The position numbers and the translations under genes were made by a program. Source: Octopus bimaculoides (Eukaryota). Taken from it: a DNA stretch of 64,000 nucleotides. The notes beneath the pieces are model-generated. The model did not search any database. It was not told the origin of the DNA and saw only the letters and a program-made list of their open reading frames with translations. Positions 1 through 11,412 of this stretch are shown one piece after another; position 1 is the stretch's first letter; every line of letters starts with the position of its first letter. The stretch spans positions 29,035,499 through 29,099,498 of the forward strand of contig NC_068989.1 of NCBI RefSeq assembly GCF_001194135.2, written 5' to 3'.

Positions 1-110
1 CTTAGATTTCAGAAGAAAGGGTGGGGTGTGAGTTTAGACCAATGCATGCGTGTTTTCAGCTTTTGTCTCTGGTCTGCAGGATTCTTTATGTGAAGTCATA
101 TGTTGAAACA

Positions 111-423
111 AATTTTGTTATGTCTAGGGACAGTCATTATGCCAATATTATTAACACACACACACTGGTTCAATTCCACTTCTTTATTATTAGTTAATTG
201 GTTAAATATCCAACTAACTAATTGATTATTTGTTTAATTTGGTCATTCAAAGCTCTTTCATTGTTACTTGCAACCTTTACAATGACTTTTGACTTAGTCT
301 GTTATGGAGGCCACTTTTGCTTGAGTTTTTGTTGCGTGCGTGTGCATGCCAGTGTACATGTGTGCTCGCATATGTATGTGTGTATATATGTATTCTGTAT
401 GTGTGCGTGCTTGTCTGTGTATG
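111..423. repeat. Left arm of a ~310-bp diverged inverted repeat (partner 2794-3107)
   Basis: Reverse complement aligns with 2794-3107, e.g. gcataatgactgtccctaga, ttgaaccagtg, gactaagtcaaaag, ttgcaagtaacaatgaaagag; the ORF track shows matching peptides on opposite strands (294..476- vs the end of 1630..2925+). Confidence 0.85.
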
Positions 424-425
424 TA

Positions 426-1657
426 CAGGGATTGGACAAAATAATGGAAACACCTTAAAATTTCAAACAAATTCATCTTAATGGGGTAGGACTGCCTTTG
501 GCAGTAATTACAGCTTGAATTCTATGAGATATGGACTTGTACAAAGTTTGAATTGTTTCCAGAGGAATTTTTGTCCATTCTTCAGTTAAACAGTCTCCAG
601 TTCTTGTAGTGATGATGGTGGAGGATATCAACTCCTTACTTGTTTTTCTAAAATGCACCATAAATGTTCAATAAAATTGAAATCTGGGGACTGTGGTGGC
701 CAGATAAGATGTTCAACTTCACTAGAATGTTCCTCGTGCCATTCAGTAACAATTTTAGCTGTGTGAATTGGTGCATTATCATCCTGAAAGATTGCGTTTC
801 CCTCTGGAAACACTTCTGCAACCATAGGAGGAATTTGATCAGATAGTCTTCACTATTAATTCTGCCATGAAGAGAAACCATTGGGCAGGCAGATTTCCAA
901 GTTATAGCTCCCCCAGACCATCACAGATCCTCCTCCATGTATAAAAGTCTGCGTCAAATGCTTCTTTTGGCTGTCTCCACACATATACTTGGCCAGTGAT
1001 CGGAAGAAAACATGGTAAAGGATGACTCGTCCAAGAAAATAACATTCTTCCACTGCTCTAGGGACCAATTCTGTAAGTTTTTACTCCACTCTAATTGCTT
1101 TGCAACATTTGCTTTTGAAAGTAGTGGTTTTTTTTAGTGCAGCCCTCCCGTGAAATCTGGCTTTGTGCAACTCTTGGTGAACAGTTTTTGTGGAAACTGG
1201 GTTCTCGGGGTGGTCATTAAGCTCTGCAGTAACTTTGGGAGCTGTACTTTTGTGATCCTTTCTAATAATTCGTATAAGAGTCCAATGGTCCCTATCTGAA
1301 AATTTTGGTTTTCTTCCATTTTCTTTCGATGAGGAAGTTTTTCTTTCTTTCTCAAAGGCTGTCGTTACTTTCGAGACAGTACTTCATGATACACCAAACA
1401 TTTCGGCTGTTACACTAGTGCCTGCCATACATGAATCAACAATTTGACCTCTTTGAAGATCCAATAGATTTGTCATTTTAATGAATTTTAATTACCTTTT
1501 TCTAATGATATCTGAAAAGAAATAGCAATTTTAGCAAAACAGAATAAGCAACACTAATAATAAATCAACAAGCATAAAAATAAACAAGCTTTTGATGGTT
1601 TTATAGATATTTCAAAATTATGATGCTAGGTGTTTCCATTATTTTGTCCAACCCCTG
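426..1657 (-). mobile_element. Tc1-family DNA transposon, full length (1232 bp), transposase decayed
   Basis: 30-bp TIRs cagggattggacaaaataatggaaacacct / aggtgtttccattattttgtccaacccctg (1 mismatch); TA at 424-425 and 1658-1659; minus-strand transposase from ATG at 1476 to ~477 with HTH (MTNLLDLQRGQIV), HGGGSVMVWG, FQDDNAPIH and WPPQSPDFNFIEHLW (DD34E type), broken by stops and frameshifts. Confidence 0.97.
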
Positions 1658-1915
1658 TATGTGAGTGTACGTTTGCTTCCTTGTGCATGCATGCTTTAGT
1701 CTGTCTATGCACATGGGTTTGTGTGTATATGGATGTGCACCTGTTGTGTATGCATGTGTGGAGCGTGTGTGTGTATGGTCATGTGTTTCTGTCTTCTTGT
1801 GTATGTGTGTGCAGGTCCATACTACCTTCCTATGCATGTACGTACATACCAACCTATCTATCTTTCTACCTACTTACTTATCTATCTATCTATCTATCTA
1901 CCTACCTACATAATT

Positions 1916-2793
1916 NNNNNNNNNNNNNNNNNNNNNNNNNNNNNNNNNNNNNNNNNNNNNNNNNNNNNNNNNNNNNNNNNNNNNNNNNNNNNNNNNNNNN
2001 NNNNNNNNNNNNNNNNNNNNNNNNNNNNNNNNNNNNNNNNNNNNNNNNNNNNNNNNNNNNNNNNNNNNNNNNNNNNNNNNNNNNNNNNNNNNNNNNNNNN
2101 NNNNNNNNNNNNNNNNNNNNNNNNNNNNNNNNNNNNNNNNNNNNNNNNNNNNNNNNNNNNNNNNNNNNNNNNNNNNNNNNNNNNNNNNNNNNNNNNNNNN
2201 NNNNNNNNNNNNNNNNNNNNNNNNNNNNNNNNNNNNNNNNNNNNNNNNNNNNNNNNNNNNNNNNNNNNNNNNNNNNNNNNNNNNNNNNNNNNNNNNNNNN
2301 NNNNNNNNNNNNNNNNNNNNNNNNNNNNNNNNNNNNNNNNNNNNNNNNNNNNNNNNNNNNNNNNNNNNNNNNNNNNNNNNNNNNNNNNNNNNNNNNNNNN
2401 NNNNNNNNNNNNNNNNNNNNNNNNNNNNNNNNNNNNNNNNNNNNNNNNNNNNNNNNNNNNNNNNNNNNNNNNNNNNNNNNNNNNNNNNNNNNNNNNNNNN
2501 NNNNNNNNNNNNNNNNNNNNNNNNNNNNNNNNNNNNNNNNNNNNNNNNNNNNNNNNNNNNNNNNNNNNNNNNNNNNNNNNNNNNNNNNNNNNNNNNNNNN
2601 NNNNNNNNNNNNNNNNNNNNNNNNNNNNNNNNNNNNNNNNNNNNNNNNNNNNNNNNNNNNNNNNNNNNNNNNNNNNNNNNNNNNNNNNNNNNNNNNNNNN
2701 NNNNNNNNNNNNNNNNNNNNNNNNNNNNNNNNNNNNNNNNNNNNNNNNNNNNNNNNNNNNNNNNNNNNNNNNNNNNNNNNNNNNNNNNNNNNN
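1916..2793. other. Assembly gap (N run)
   Basis: Run of N flanked by microsatellites. Confidence 1.
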
Positions 2794-3107
2794 AGCACGC
2801 AGACACATGAATACACAAAATATATACATACACACATGCATACACATATACACACATATACACTGGTACATGCACACATGCATGTAACAAAATCTCAAGC
2901 AAATGCAGCTTCCGTAATGGACTAAGTCAAAAGGTTGCAAGTAGCAATGAAAGAGATTTGACAAACAAAAACAAAATAAACGACTTACTGTTTAACCAAA
3001 TTAAACAAACAATTGATTAGTTAGTAGGATATTTAGCCAACTGACTAATAATAGAGGAGTGGAATTGAACCAGTGCATAATGACTGTCCCTAGATGCAAC
3101 AAAATTT
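2794..3107. repeat. Right arm of the inverted repeat (partner 111-423)
   Basis: See 111-423; similarity ends near caacaaaattt. Confidence 0.85.
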
Positions 3108-3199
3108 CAAAAGGTTTGTTTTGTAGAAATGAAACTTGAAATATTAGGTCATCAATAAACAACTCGATTTGTAACATAGACTTATTATTATTGTTATTG

Positions 3200-3482
3200 T
3201 TATGGACTAGTTATTAAGGTGTTGCACTCATAATCACAAGATCATTGTTTCAATTCCTAGACTGGATGGTGTATTGTTTTCTTGAGCAAAACACTTCATC
3301 TCATGTTGCTCTGTGATCACTTCGACACCTGACACGTAGTACACAGTGCACCTATTCAGACAACATCGATTTGATGGAAAGAGTGAGCTAATGTGTGGCA
3401 TGAACATTTGATCACTATAAACAAATCATGTCTGCAAGTCATTTGGCAAAAGCTGAAAACTCATATGTTGTCTTTGACAGAA
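3200..3482 (+). mobile_element. tRNA-derived SINE (family A), copy 1
   Basis: Degenerate A box and B box (gtttcaattcc); colinear with 9481-9780 (gttgctctgtgatcacttcgacacctgac...gaacatttgatcact). Confidence 0.85.
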
Positions 3483-3539
3483 AAGTCTATCATCATTATT
3501 ATTATAGTGGATTACAATGGCCATATGATCAGAATTTAC

Positions 3540-3542
<3 letters not shown>

Positions 3543-3601
<59 letters not shown>

Positions 3602-3612
3602 TGAGAGAGAGA
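3543..3612. repeat. (GA)n microsatellite
   Basis: Direct reading; source of the ERERE ORF. Confidence 0.99.
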
Positions 3613-4609
3613 ATGAGAGCACAAAGATGATTAAATATTTCTACTCAGTCTTATATATTTCACATACTTAACCATTCCCCTAACACCTGATCCTAAATGC
3701 AATGACAAAAGTGTAGTGTTAAAGTAATTATCCAGTTAAACTAAAATGTCGATATTAGACTCCTTGAAGAATTGTTGGCAGTCACTTGTTTAAAATTCAT
3801 ACTTTCAAAAGATAAATAAGATTAGTTCAGACCTGGAAATTCCAAAAAATCAACCTGGGGATCTTCTTCTCATAAAAGTTAAGAATTATTAATAGACATT
3901 AATAGAGTTAACTATTCAAGTTGAGAAATTCATAAATTTGCCAGACTTGTTGGAACTGATAGCTTTTCTAATATCAAAAGTTTCCAATGTAGCTCAATTG
4001 AATGGCAATATGCAAGAATTTAAACAAATTCTAGTTTAAAGGATGAAAGGAGATCTAAATTATCTATTTAAATATGATTTCTAAAGAATTGTTCAATTTG
4101 ATATTATTACTGTTCAAGTTCAAGTGATATGGTTTCAATTTCTCACAGTAGCCATTTTATTCCAAATGCCATTGAGTAAATTATGAACATCATATAATCT
4201 CATTCTCCAATTTACATAAATATATAGCCTAGCACTTGTATAAGAAATAAAATGTGAAGAATCAGACAAGCTATGTGGTTATGGTGATACTCTGTTGATT
4301 AAAAGTTTTGTATTGTCTTTCAGGTAGAAAAAGTACATGACTTTGCTTACATTACTGTGTTGGAATAACAACTATCTATTCTAATTTACAGTAGGGTGAT
4401 TGAAATTAAGGCAGATAATCTGCTAGGAAAATACTTGTTGGAATAATATACTGGTGCCCAAATTTTCACTGCCCCCCCCCCCCCACTAAAAAGTAGATAG
4501 CTTTAAGTGATAGCAGGTAATGAAGCAAATCAAACAATTTAGATAAGTGTTGACCAAATGATAATAATAATTTTGATATATGCAATTAAAATATAGCATG
4601 CATTGATTG

Positions 4610-4750
4610 TATTTCACTGAGGTCAACTTTGCCTTTCCTCCTTTTGGGGTCAATAAAATAAGTACCAATTGAATACTGGGATAAATCTCATCAATTTACC
4701 CCCAACTTCCAAAATTGCTGGCCTTGTGCCAAAATTTAAAATTATCATTA
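4610..4750 (+). mobile_element. SINE fragment (family B, CORE-like central segment)
   Basis: gaggtcaactttgcctttcctccttttggggtcaataaaataagtacca also occurs, reversed, at 23160-23380, 46400-46570, 47060-47200 and 57000-57160. Confidence 0.75.
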
Positions 4751-4784
4751 TTACCATTTGAAAGATATTAGAATATTGTCTTAC

Positions 4785-5089
4785 CTGAATATGCATGATC
4801 ATGAGAATCAAGCTCTATCTGAAGATGCTGTGGCCTCATACTGTCACCAGTTAAACCTCTATCAATAGTATCATTAGGATGATCAGGAGGTTCTTTTGTC
4901 CGTGGATACATGGAAATCACAACGGGACGGACCTGTGCAGCAGTCACTGGAAAACACCAAATAAATATCACCCTTTTAGTACTCTGATTTACAGATACAA
5001 TATGTGGAGCACCATATGTAGCACTTGCATTACAGTTAGTACTACTTTCAAATACAAGGTAATTAGGTATCATGATTGTTGGTAAAAAT
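4785..5089 (-). CDS. Internal exon of an unidentified host gene (305 nt, phase 2 to 1): FLPTIMIPNYLVFESS...RPQHLQIELDSHDHAYS
   Basis: Acceptor tttgtctttag| at 5090, donor CAG|gtaaga at 4784, 101 open non-repetitive codons, no transposon motifs recognised. Confidence 0.75.
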
Positions 5090-5509
5090 CTAAAGACAAA
5101 TCTCCATATATTTTTATAAGCATATACATCTATATATATATATAGATATATATATATATAAAACTGAGAATGTATGTGTGTCTTTCTGTGTTTCTGTATG
5201 TGTGCATCACTAAAATTTGAGAACTGCCCAACTGGTTTCATTCAAATTTTACACATGCCTTACTTAGGGTCCATGCAGTGTCATGGGCAAAAAAAATTTT
5301 TTCAACTTCTTGCCTAATGCGAGCCCAGAACAATCTCTTATTTTTTACACTGTTTCAGTATTACTTGTTGAAAGTGAAACAATAACATCTCTGCTGTAAT
5401 GTGAGATAATACTTTCACTATTAATAATTTCAATATGTGTATAATGTATACATAATGAAACTATTAAAACTGACACTATTATATCACATATATACATGCA
5501 TATACATAT

Positions 5510-5795
5510 ATCATCATCATTTAACGTCTGCTTTCCATGCTAGCATGGGTTGGACGATTTGACTGAGGACTGGCGAACCGGATGGCTACACCAGGCTCCA
5601 ATCTGATCTGGCAGAGTTTCTACAGCTGGATTCCCTTCCTAACGCCAACCGCTCCGAGAGTGTAGTGGGTGCTTTTACGTGCCACCGGCACGAGGGCTAG
5701 TCAGGTAGTGCTGGCAACGGCCACACTCAAAATGGTGTTTTTTATGTGCCACCTGCACAGGAGCCAGTCCAGCGGTACTGGCAACGACCTCGCTC
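5510..5795 (-). mobile_element. 3' end of RTE LINE (or RTE-tailed SINE) with (TGA)n tail and tandem ~65-nt units
   Basis: Reverse complement matches the 3' UTR that follows the RTE ORF at 49060-49248 (ttaggaag.gcatcca.ctgtagaaa ... aacccatgc.agcatggaaa ... tgatgatga). Confidence 0.9.
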
Positions 5796-5980
5796 ATATA
5801 TACATATTATGTATATATATATATATATATATATGCATGTATATATGTGTATATACATCTGCACATATATGTATGTATATATAAATGTATATATATATGT
5901 ATGTTTAATATATGTATGCATGTATATATGTCTATATATATGTGTACATATGTAGGTATATATATAGATTTATATGTGTC

Positions 5981-6020
<40 letters not shown>

Positions 6021-6084
6021 TTTATATGTATATATGTATGTATATATATGTGTGTAAATATATTTATATATATATATATTTATG

Positions 6085-6322
6085 CACATCATCATCATCG
6101 TCATCATTGTCGTTTAACGTCTGCTTTCCATGCTAGCATGGGTTGGACGATTTGACTGAGAACTGGTGAACCAGATGGCTACACCAGGCTCCAATCTGAT
6201 TTGGCAGAGTTTCTACAGCTGGATGCCCTTCCTAACGCCAACCACTCAGAGAGTGTAGTGGGTGCTTTTACGTGTCATCCGCACGAAGGCCAGTCAGGCG
6301 ATACTGGCAACGGCCACGCTCA
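6085..6322 (-). mobile_element. Second RTE 3' end, near-identical to 5510-5795
   Basis: Same tttaacgtctgctttccatgctagcatgggttggacgatttgactgag sequence; separated from copy 1 by a TA-rich microsatellite. Confidence 0.9.
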
Positions 6323-6324
6323 GT

Positions 6325-6359
<35 letters not shown>

Positions 6360-6787
6360 NNNNNNNNNNNNNNNNNNNNNNNNNNNNNNNNNNNNNNNNN
6401 NNNNNNNNNNNNNNNNNNNNNNNNNNNNNNNNNNNNNNNNNNNNNNNNNNNNNNNNNNNNNNNNNNNNNNNNNNNNNNNNNNNNNNNNNNNNNNNNNNNN
6501 NNNNNNNNNNNNNNNNNNNNNNNNNNNNNNNNNNNNNNNNNNNNNNNNNNNNNNNNNNNNNNNNNNNNNNNNNNNNNNNNNNNNNNNNNNNNNNNNNNNN
6601 NNNNNNNNNNNNNNNNNNNNNNNNNNNNNNNNNNNNNNNNNNNNNNNNNNNNNNNNNNNNNNNNNNNNNNNNNNNNNNNNNNNNNNNNNNNNNNNNNNNN
6701 NNNNNNNNNNNNNNNNNNNNNNNNNNNNNNNNNNNNNNNNNNNNNNNNNNNNNNNNNNNNNNNNNNNNNNNNNNNNNNNNNNNNNNN
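6360..6787. other. Assembly gap (N run)
   Basis: Run of N. Confidence 1.
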
Positions 6788-6888
6788 ATGGTATGTCATA
6801 AGTGTCTGTATATTGTGTTTTCTGTCAATTTAGTTATAAAATAAACAGATTAATCAACGGAATACAGTGTCTGCAAGTTGATGAGTAC

Positions 6889-6935
<47 letters not shown>

Positions 6936-7744
6936 TGTAACATATAATTGCGGACCAAGTGTGTGTGTGTGTCCCAGCACTGCTTGACCACTAGTCTGTT
7001 TACGTCCCTGTAACTTAGTAGTTCAGCAAACGAGACTGATAAAGTACCAGATTTCTAAAGAGAAACTCAGTTATAACCCACAACCATCATTCAGTTCAAG
7101 TAGCACCTGATTTATCAATGTAACACCACTGTACTAAGAGATACAAAGTTACTTCCTTTGTTTAAACATCTACAATACGTTCACACTTTCCATTTATCTC
7201 CTGCCAATCTTTCTCCATTCCAGATCCAGCCTGTTAAATACTAATTTTTAATTAATGTCCTTCCTATTGATATGTATCTATTAGGCACTTCTTTTCTGCC
7301 CACATTTCCTCTTACAATCTGCAACAACACAAATTAAATACTAATTGTCCCATTTTAAATCAAAGAAGCCAACATGACTGCTTCTGCATAGTTGCTTGGA
7401 ACTGTTAAGAATAACAGTTAACCTCCTTCAATCTACTCTTACTAACTACCTGAAAAATAGTTAAGACACAGTGAATAAGATAGTCCTGTGATCACAGGTC
7501 TGAGCCTAGGGCTAAACTACAATTACTACTTCAGTCAGTCATCCTTCTGTCCAGTTTATGAGAATATAAAAATGCTATTGGCCTTCACAATTCTCTTTAG
7601 ACTGACTGTAATGCTGATCCAGACAGATCTATAATAAATAACTACAGACACTAAATCTCCAACTCTGCTACTACTATAAGAATAACAAGACATGATTAAA
7701 GGGAAAAATTTTAAATAGATGCTTTTTTTTTTTACTCACCAATA

Positions 7745-7791
<47 letters not shown>

Positions 7792-8663
7792 TATGACAAT
7801 TGAAAAATGAAGGGATAAAAAAATAATTTGTTTTTCAACATCTACAAAATTCTAATGTTGCTAGCATGTAAGCAATAACAGATGGTCACATGTATAGTTA
7901 TGAATTATTATTTATTAAATAATTATAAAAAATTAAATAAATATAAACAATTAAAAAATATATATTATTAGTGACAAAAGAAAATTGTTAAAAGAAAAGC
8001 AAGAGATATATGTTAGAATGAAGCAGTTAGTGTAAATAAAGTGTGTCTGTGCATTTAGAAGAGAGAAAAAAATAAAGTGTATGCATGTGTGTATTTATGA
8101 GAAAAGAAAAAGAGAAAAAAAAGAAAAAGATATGACAAAATGGCAGAAACCCAAATTTTTTCCTTTTTGTGAGTTTTTAAGGAAACTATTATAGCAGAGC
8201 AAATATAGCAACTTCTAAAATAAAATGAAATACACATGATAGATATCATTTGGCTATTTTAAAAAGGAAAATGAAAAAGGAGAAAAAATATTTGCAAGAT
8301 ATGTTTTTTGAAGGAATATTTACCTGTAAATTAAATGTAACAAAGAAGGAGTGTCTGTTTGTGGACTGGCACCCCAGTGGGATGGTCACATAGACAGATC
8401 CAAAGATAGACAAAAATGTAAATATACTTGGAAAACTGGAAATCAACTACTTGATTAGTGTACATGAACCAAAATGTGGAAAAACTATTTAGATAAGGCT
8501 AAACAAAATACAACAAAGAAACAATATTGTATTTTAATATAAATTTTTAATCTGAAGAGAAACACAAACACACACACACACACACACACAAATATATACA
8601 TATGAAATTAAACAAATGAAACAGGAACAGAAAATTATGCAATGAACTTCATTAACCAACAGG

Positions 8664-8819
8664 TGTTTCTACTATAAGATGCAGTGCACTCAGAGCTGAC
8701 TGCCTGTACATCACCTTATAACACCCTTCCTTGCACTTCATTTTTTGAAGCTCCAAAGAAGCTATAAGGTGATGCACAAGCACTCAAGTGTGAGTGCACT
8801 GCATCTTATAACAGAAACA
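8664..8819. mobile_element. Small foldback element / MITE (156 bp) with ~58-bp imperfect inverted arms
   Basis: tgtttctactataagatgcagtgcactca...catcaccttata pairs with tataaggtgatg...tgagtgcactgcatcttataacagaaaca. Confidence 0.7.
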
Positions 8820-9031
8820 GTTCTAAGTTATTGAAGTTCATTACATAATTTCCTGTTTCTTTGTCATTTATTTAATTTCACATTATGCTCTGTACCGGAC
8901 CACTACTTTATTCTGAAGCATATGTGTATTGAAATCTAACAGCAAGTTATCAATATTGCTATACCTAAGTGAAACACTGAATTGTTTGTTAGTGTGTGTG
9001 CGTAAGTATGTATGTGTATGCATGTATGCAA

Positions 9032-9089
<58 letters not shown>

Positions 9090-9391
9090 ATGTGTGTCTC
9101 TTCTGTTTTTAATCATTTAAATTTTTCCTCTGAAGAACGAGCTATTTTCTAACAAAGGTACAAAGCTTCATCTTTGAAATGTAGATAGTGAAAACAATGC
9201 CACATTCTAAACCTGAGAAAAGTATTGCGTAGTTTTATTGTTCCACTTACAGATTGTATTTGTAATGTGCAAATTGGTTGATTTCTTTTCCAGAAAATCC
9301 AAGCTTATCCAGACTGACAGTTAGGCATTTACTTACAAAATCATGTGCTCCAATTATTATTGGTATGCATGCATGTATGTAGGTAGGTAGG

Positions 9392-9444
<53 letters not shown>

Positions 9445-9480
9445 GTGTGTGTATGTGCATGTATACACACACACACAAGT

Positions 9481-9780
9481 GAGAGCGCATGACTTAGTGG
9501 TTAGAGTGTTGCACTCACAATCTAGTGATTGTGATTTCAATTCCTAGACTGGGTGGTGCATTGTGTTCTTGAGCAAAAAGCTTCATCGCACGTTGCTCTG
9601 TGATCACTTCGACACCTGACGTATGGTACACTGTGCACCTGTTCGACAATGTCAATTTGATGGAGAGAGTGAGCTAATATGTGGTATGAACATTTGATCA
9701 CTGTAAACAAACCATTTGTGCAGGTCATTTGGAAAAACTTGAATGCTCATACATCAGCTTTGACAGGACAACAGGAGAGT
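9481..9780 (+). mobile_element. tRNA-derived SINE (family A), copy 2
   Basis: A box tgacttagtggtt, B box gatttcaattcc; colinear with 3200-3482. Confidence 0.85.
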
Positions 9781-9812
9781 CCATCATACACGCATATATA
9801 TATATATATATA

Positions 9813-9840
9813 NNNNNNNNNNNNNNNNNNNNNNNNNNNN
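9813..9840. other. Assembly gap (N run)
   Basis: Run of N inside (TA)n. Confidence 1.
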
Positions 9841-10131
9841 TATATATATGTATATATATATATATATGTGTGTGCATATATATATGTATACATGTATATA
9901 TACATCTATATACATGAGCTTTTTTCAGTTTCCATCAATAGAAATATATATAATATATATATATGCATATTTCCATCGTCTGACAAAGAGGACTCAGTTG
10001 TTCAATCAACTGAATTATCTGCTCTTTGATTTAACCTGCAAGTAGCTGAATATTCTACAAATATATGTACCATTAGCATAATTCTCAAGCAGAAGCAATG
10101 TGACACAGTGTATGACAAAGCTGTACCTTTT

Positions 10132-10290
10132 GAATTACCCCCCATAGGACAATTCCCCCCCCGATGACAACTATCACCTAGGACAATTACCCCCTTGGTT
10201 AATTACCCACTTTTCAATATATTAAGAAGTCTTAAATCATCATCTGTTGTCCTCAGGGGCAGTTATTGTCCATGGGGAGTAAATGTTCTA
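10132..10290. mobile_element. Remnant of a non-autonomous DNA element with repeated subterminal motifs
   Basis: Direct repeats of ggacaatt(a/c)cccc on the left, inverted versions (ggggcagttattgtcc, ggggagtaaatgttc) on the right. Confidence 0.4.
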
Positions 10291-10474
10291 GACTCTTGAA
10301 ATGTATTATTATTAAAATGGACATTTGATATCTTGTGAGTGAGTAAAACTACAAGTATTTCAGAGGCACCAAAATAAAATGTATTGAAGTGTTGAGAAGA
10401 TTAGAAACCAGAAATATTGGGAAGTAGGATATGGTAGACATGCAGAATTAATTTACAGAAAAAAAACAAAAAAA

Positions 10475-10511
<37 letters not shown>

Positions 10512-11374
10512 AAGCATGAATAATACAAGTCTGAAAAGTAATCCAATTTACATCAATAATGTCATCATGATTCAGCTGAATTCCATTGGGAAAAGGAAAC
10601 AGAAGGGAACAAAACTGTAAATTGTCAGGTGACTGTTCAATTAAATGAATATTAGTGTAAAATTTATTACTTTGCAATCAGCTAACAGACATAGATAAAG
10701 CTGTAGTGGAAAACATCAACATGTAAATCTGAGAGGAAAGGAGATTTGAAAAAATAAATCAATTTATATTTTTAGACATAATTTTAAAACAAATCTGCTC
10801 AATTCATTTTTTTTTTGGAGGGGGGGTACATGTAGAGCAATCTATTAGAAAATAATACAGCTTGGCTAAAATAAAAGCATGGTTTACAAGGAATATTTGT
10901 TGAACAACTTCAGATATACTGATATATTTGGTGAAAGTACTACTAAAATTAAAGAGAAATATGAAATATATTTAGATATTTAGCAAACAGTACATAAATA
11001 TTTAGTTAAGGTATTTTAATAAAAAGTTAGGATAAGAGAGAAAGAGAGATTAGGAGAAAGAGAGAGGAAAAGAAATAAGAGATAAGCATTTGTAAGTGCC
11101 AAGTGAAACAGGGAAGAAGAACAAGCCTGAAACTATTAGGTGAAGACATAGCAGACCAAGCTTATTGAGTTTGAATTTAAATTGAAGAACAACTGGTACA
11201 AAGAATGTTGAATGCCAGGCCAGTGAAGAAGACATTATTATTCCATGTTAGAGATATAGCCAAAATGATAAGATGGAGAGATGTTGGTCTCAGGGACAAT
11301 TACTGCAGGTTTTAATCTGAGTACAGTATTATCTGGCAATTGAAAGTACCAATATGTTGGAAGTTATATATCAA

Positions 11375-11412
<38 letters not shown>

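Noticed and set aside
1630-2964. Long ORFs of 300-430 aa (also 6201-6844, 21771-22861)
   Set aside because: They run through N gaps and microsatellites; artefacts of translating N.
3200-3260. tRNA genes at A/B-box sites
   Set aside because: No full cloverleaf; each continues into a SINE body.
5660-5800. Regularly spaced ~65-nt repeats as a CRISPR array
   Set aside because: Eukaryotic context, whole units repeat without unique spacers, no cas genes; they are RTE 3' UTR units.
5669-6155. YIYI/CVCV/ERER-type ORFs here and across the window
   Set aside because: Translations of (TA)n, (TG)n and (GA)n microsatellites.
8318-8350. Minus-strand polypyrimidine-AG|GTAAAT, recursive-splice-like
   Set aside because: Weak donor and expected by chance in an AT-rich intron; needs saw-tooth RNA-seq evidence.
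9120-9140. ctgaagaacgagc hammerhead-like start
   Set aside because: No stem II partner or GAAA follows; at most a truncated remnant.
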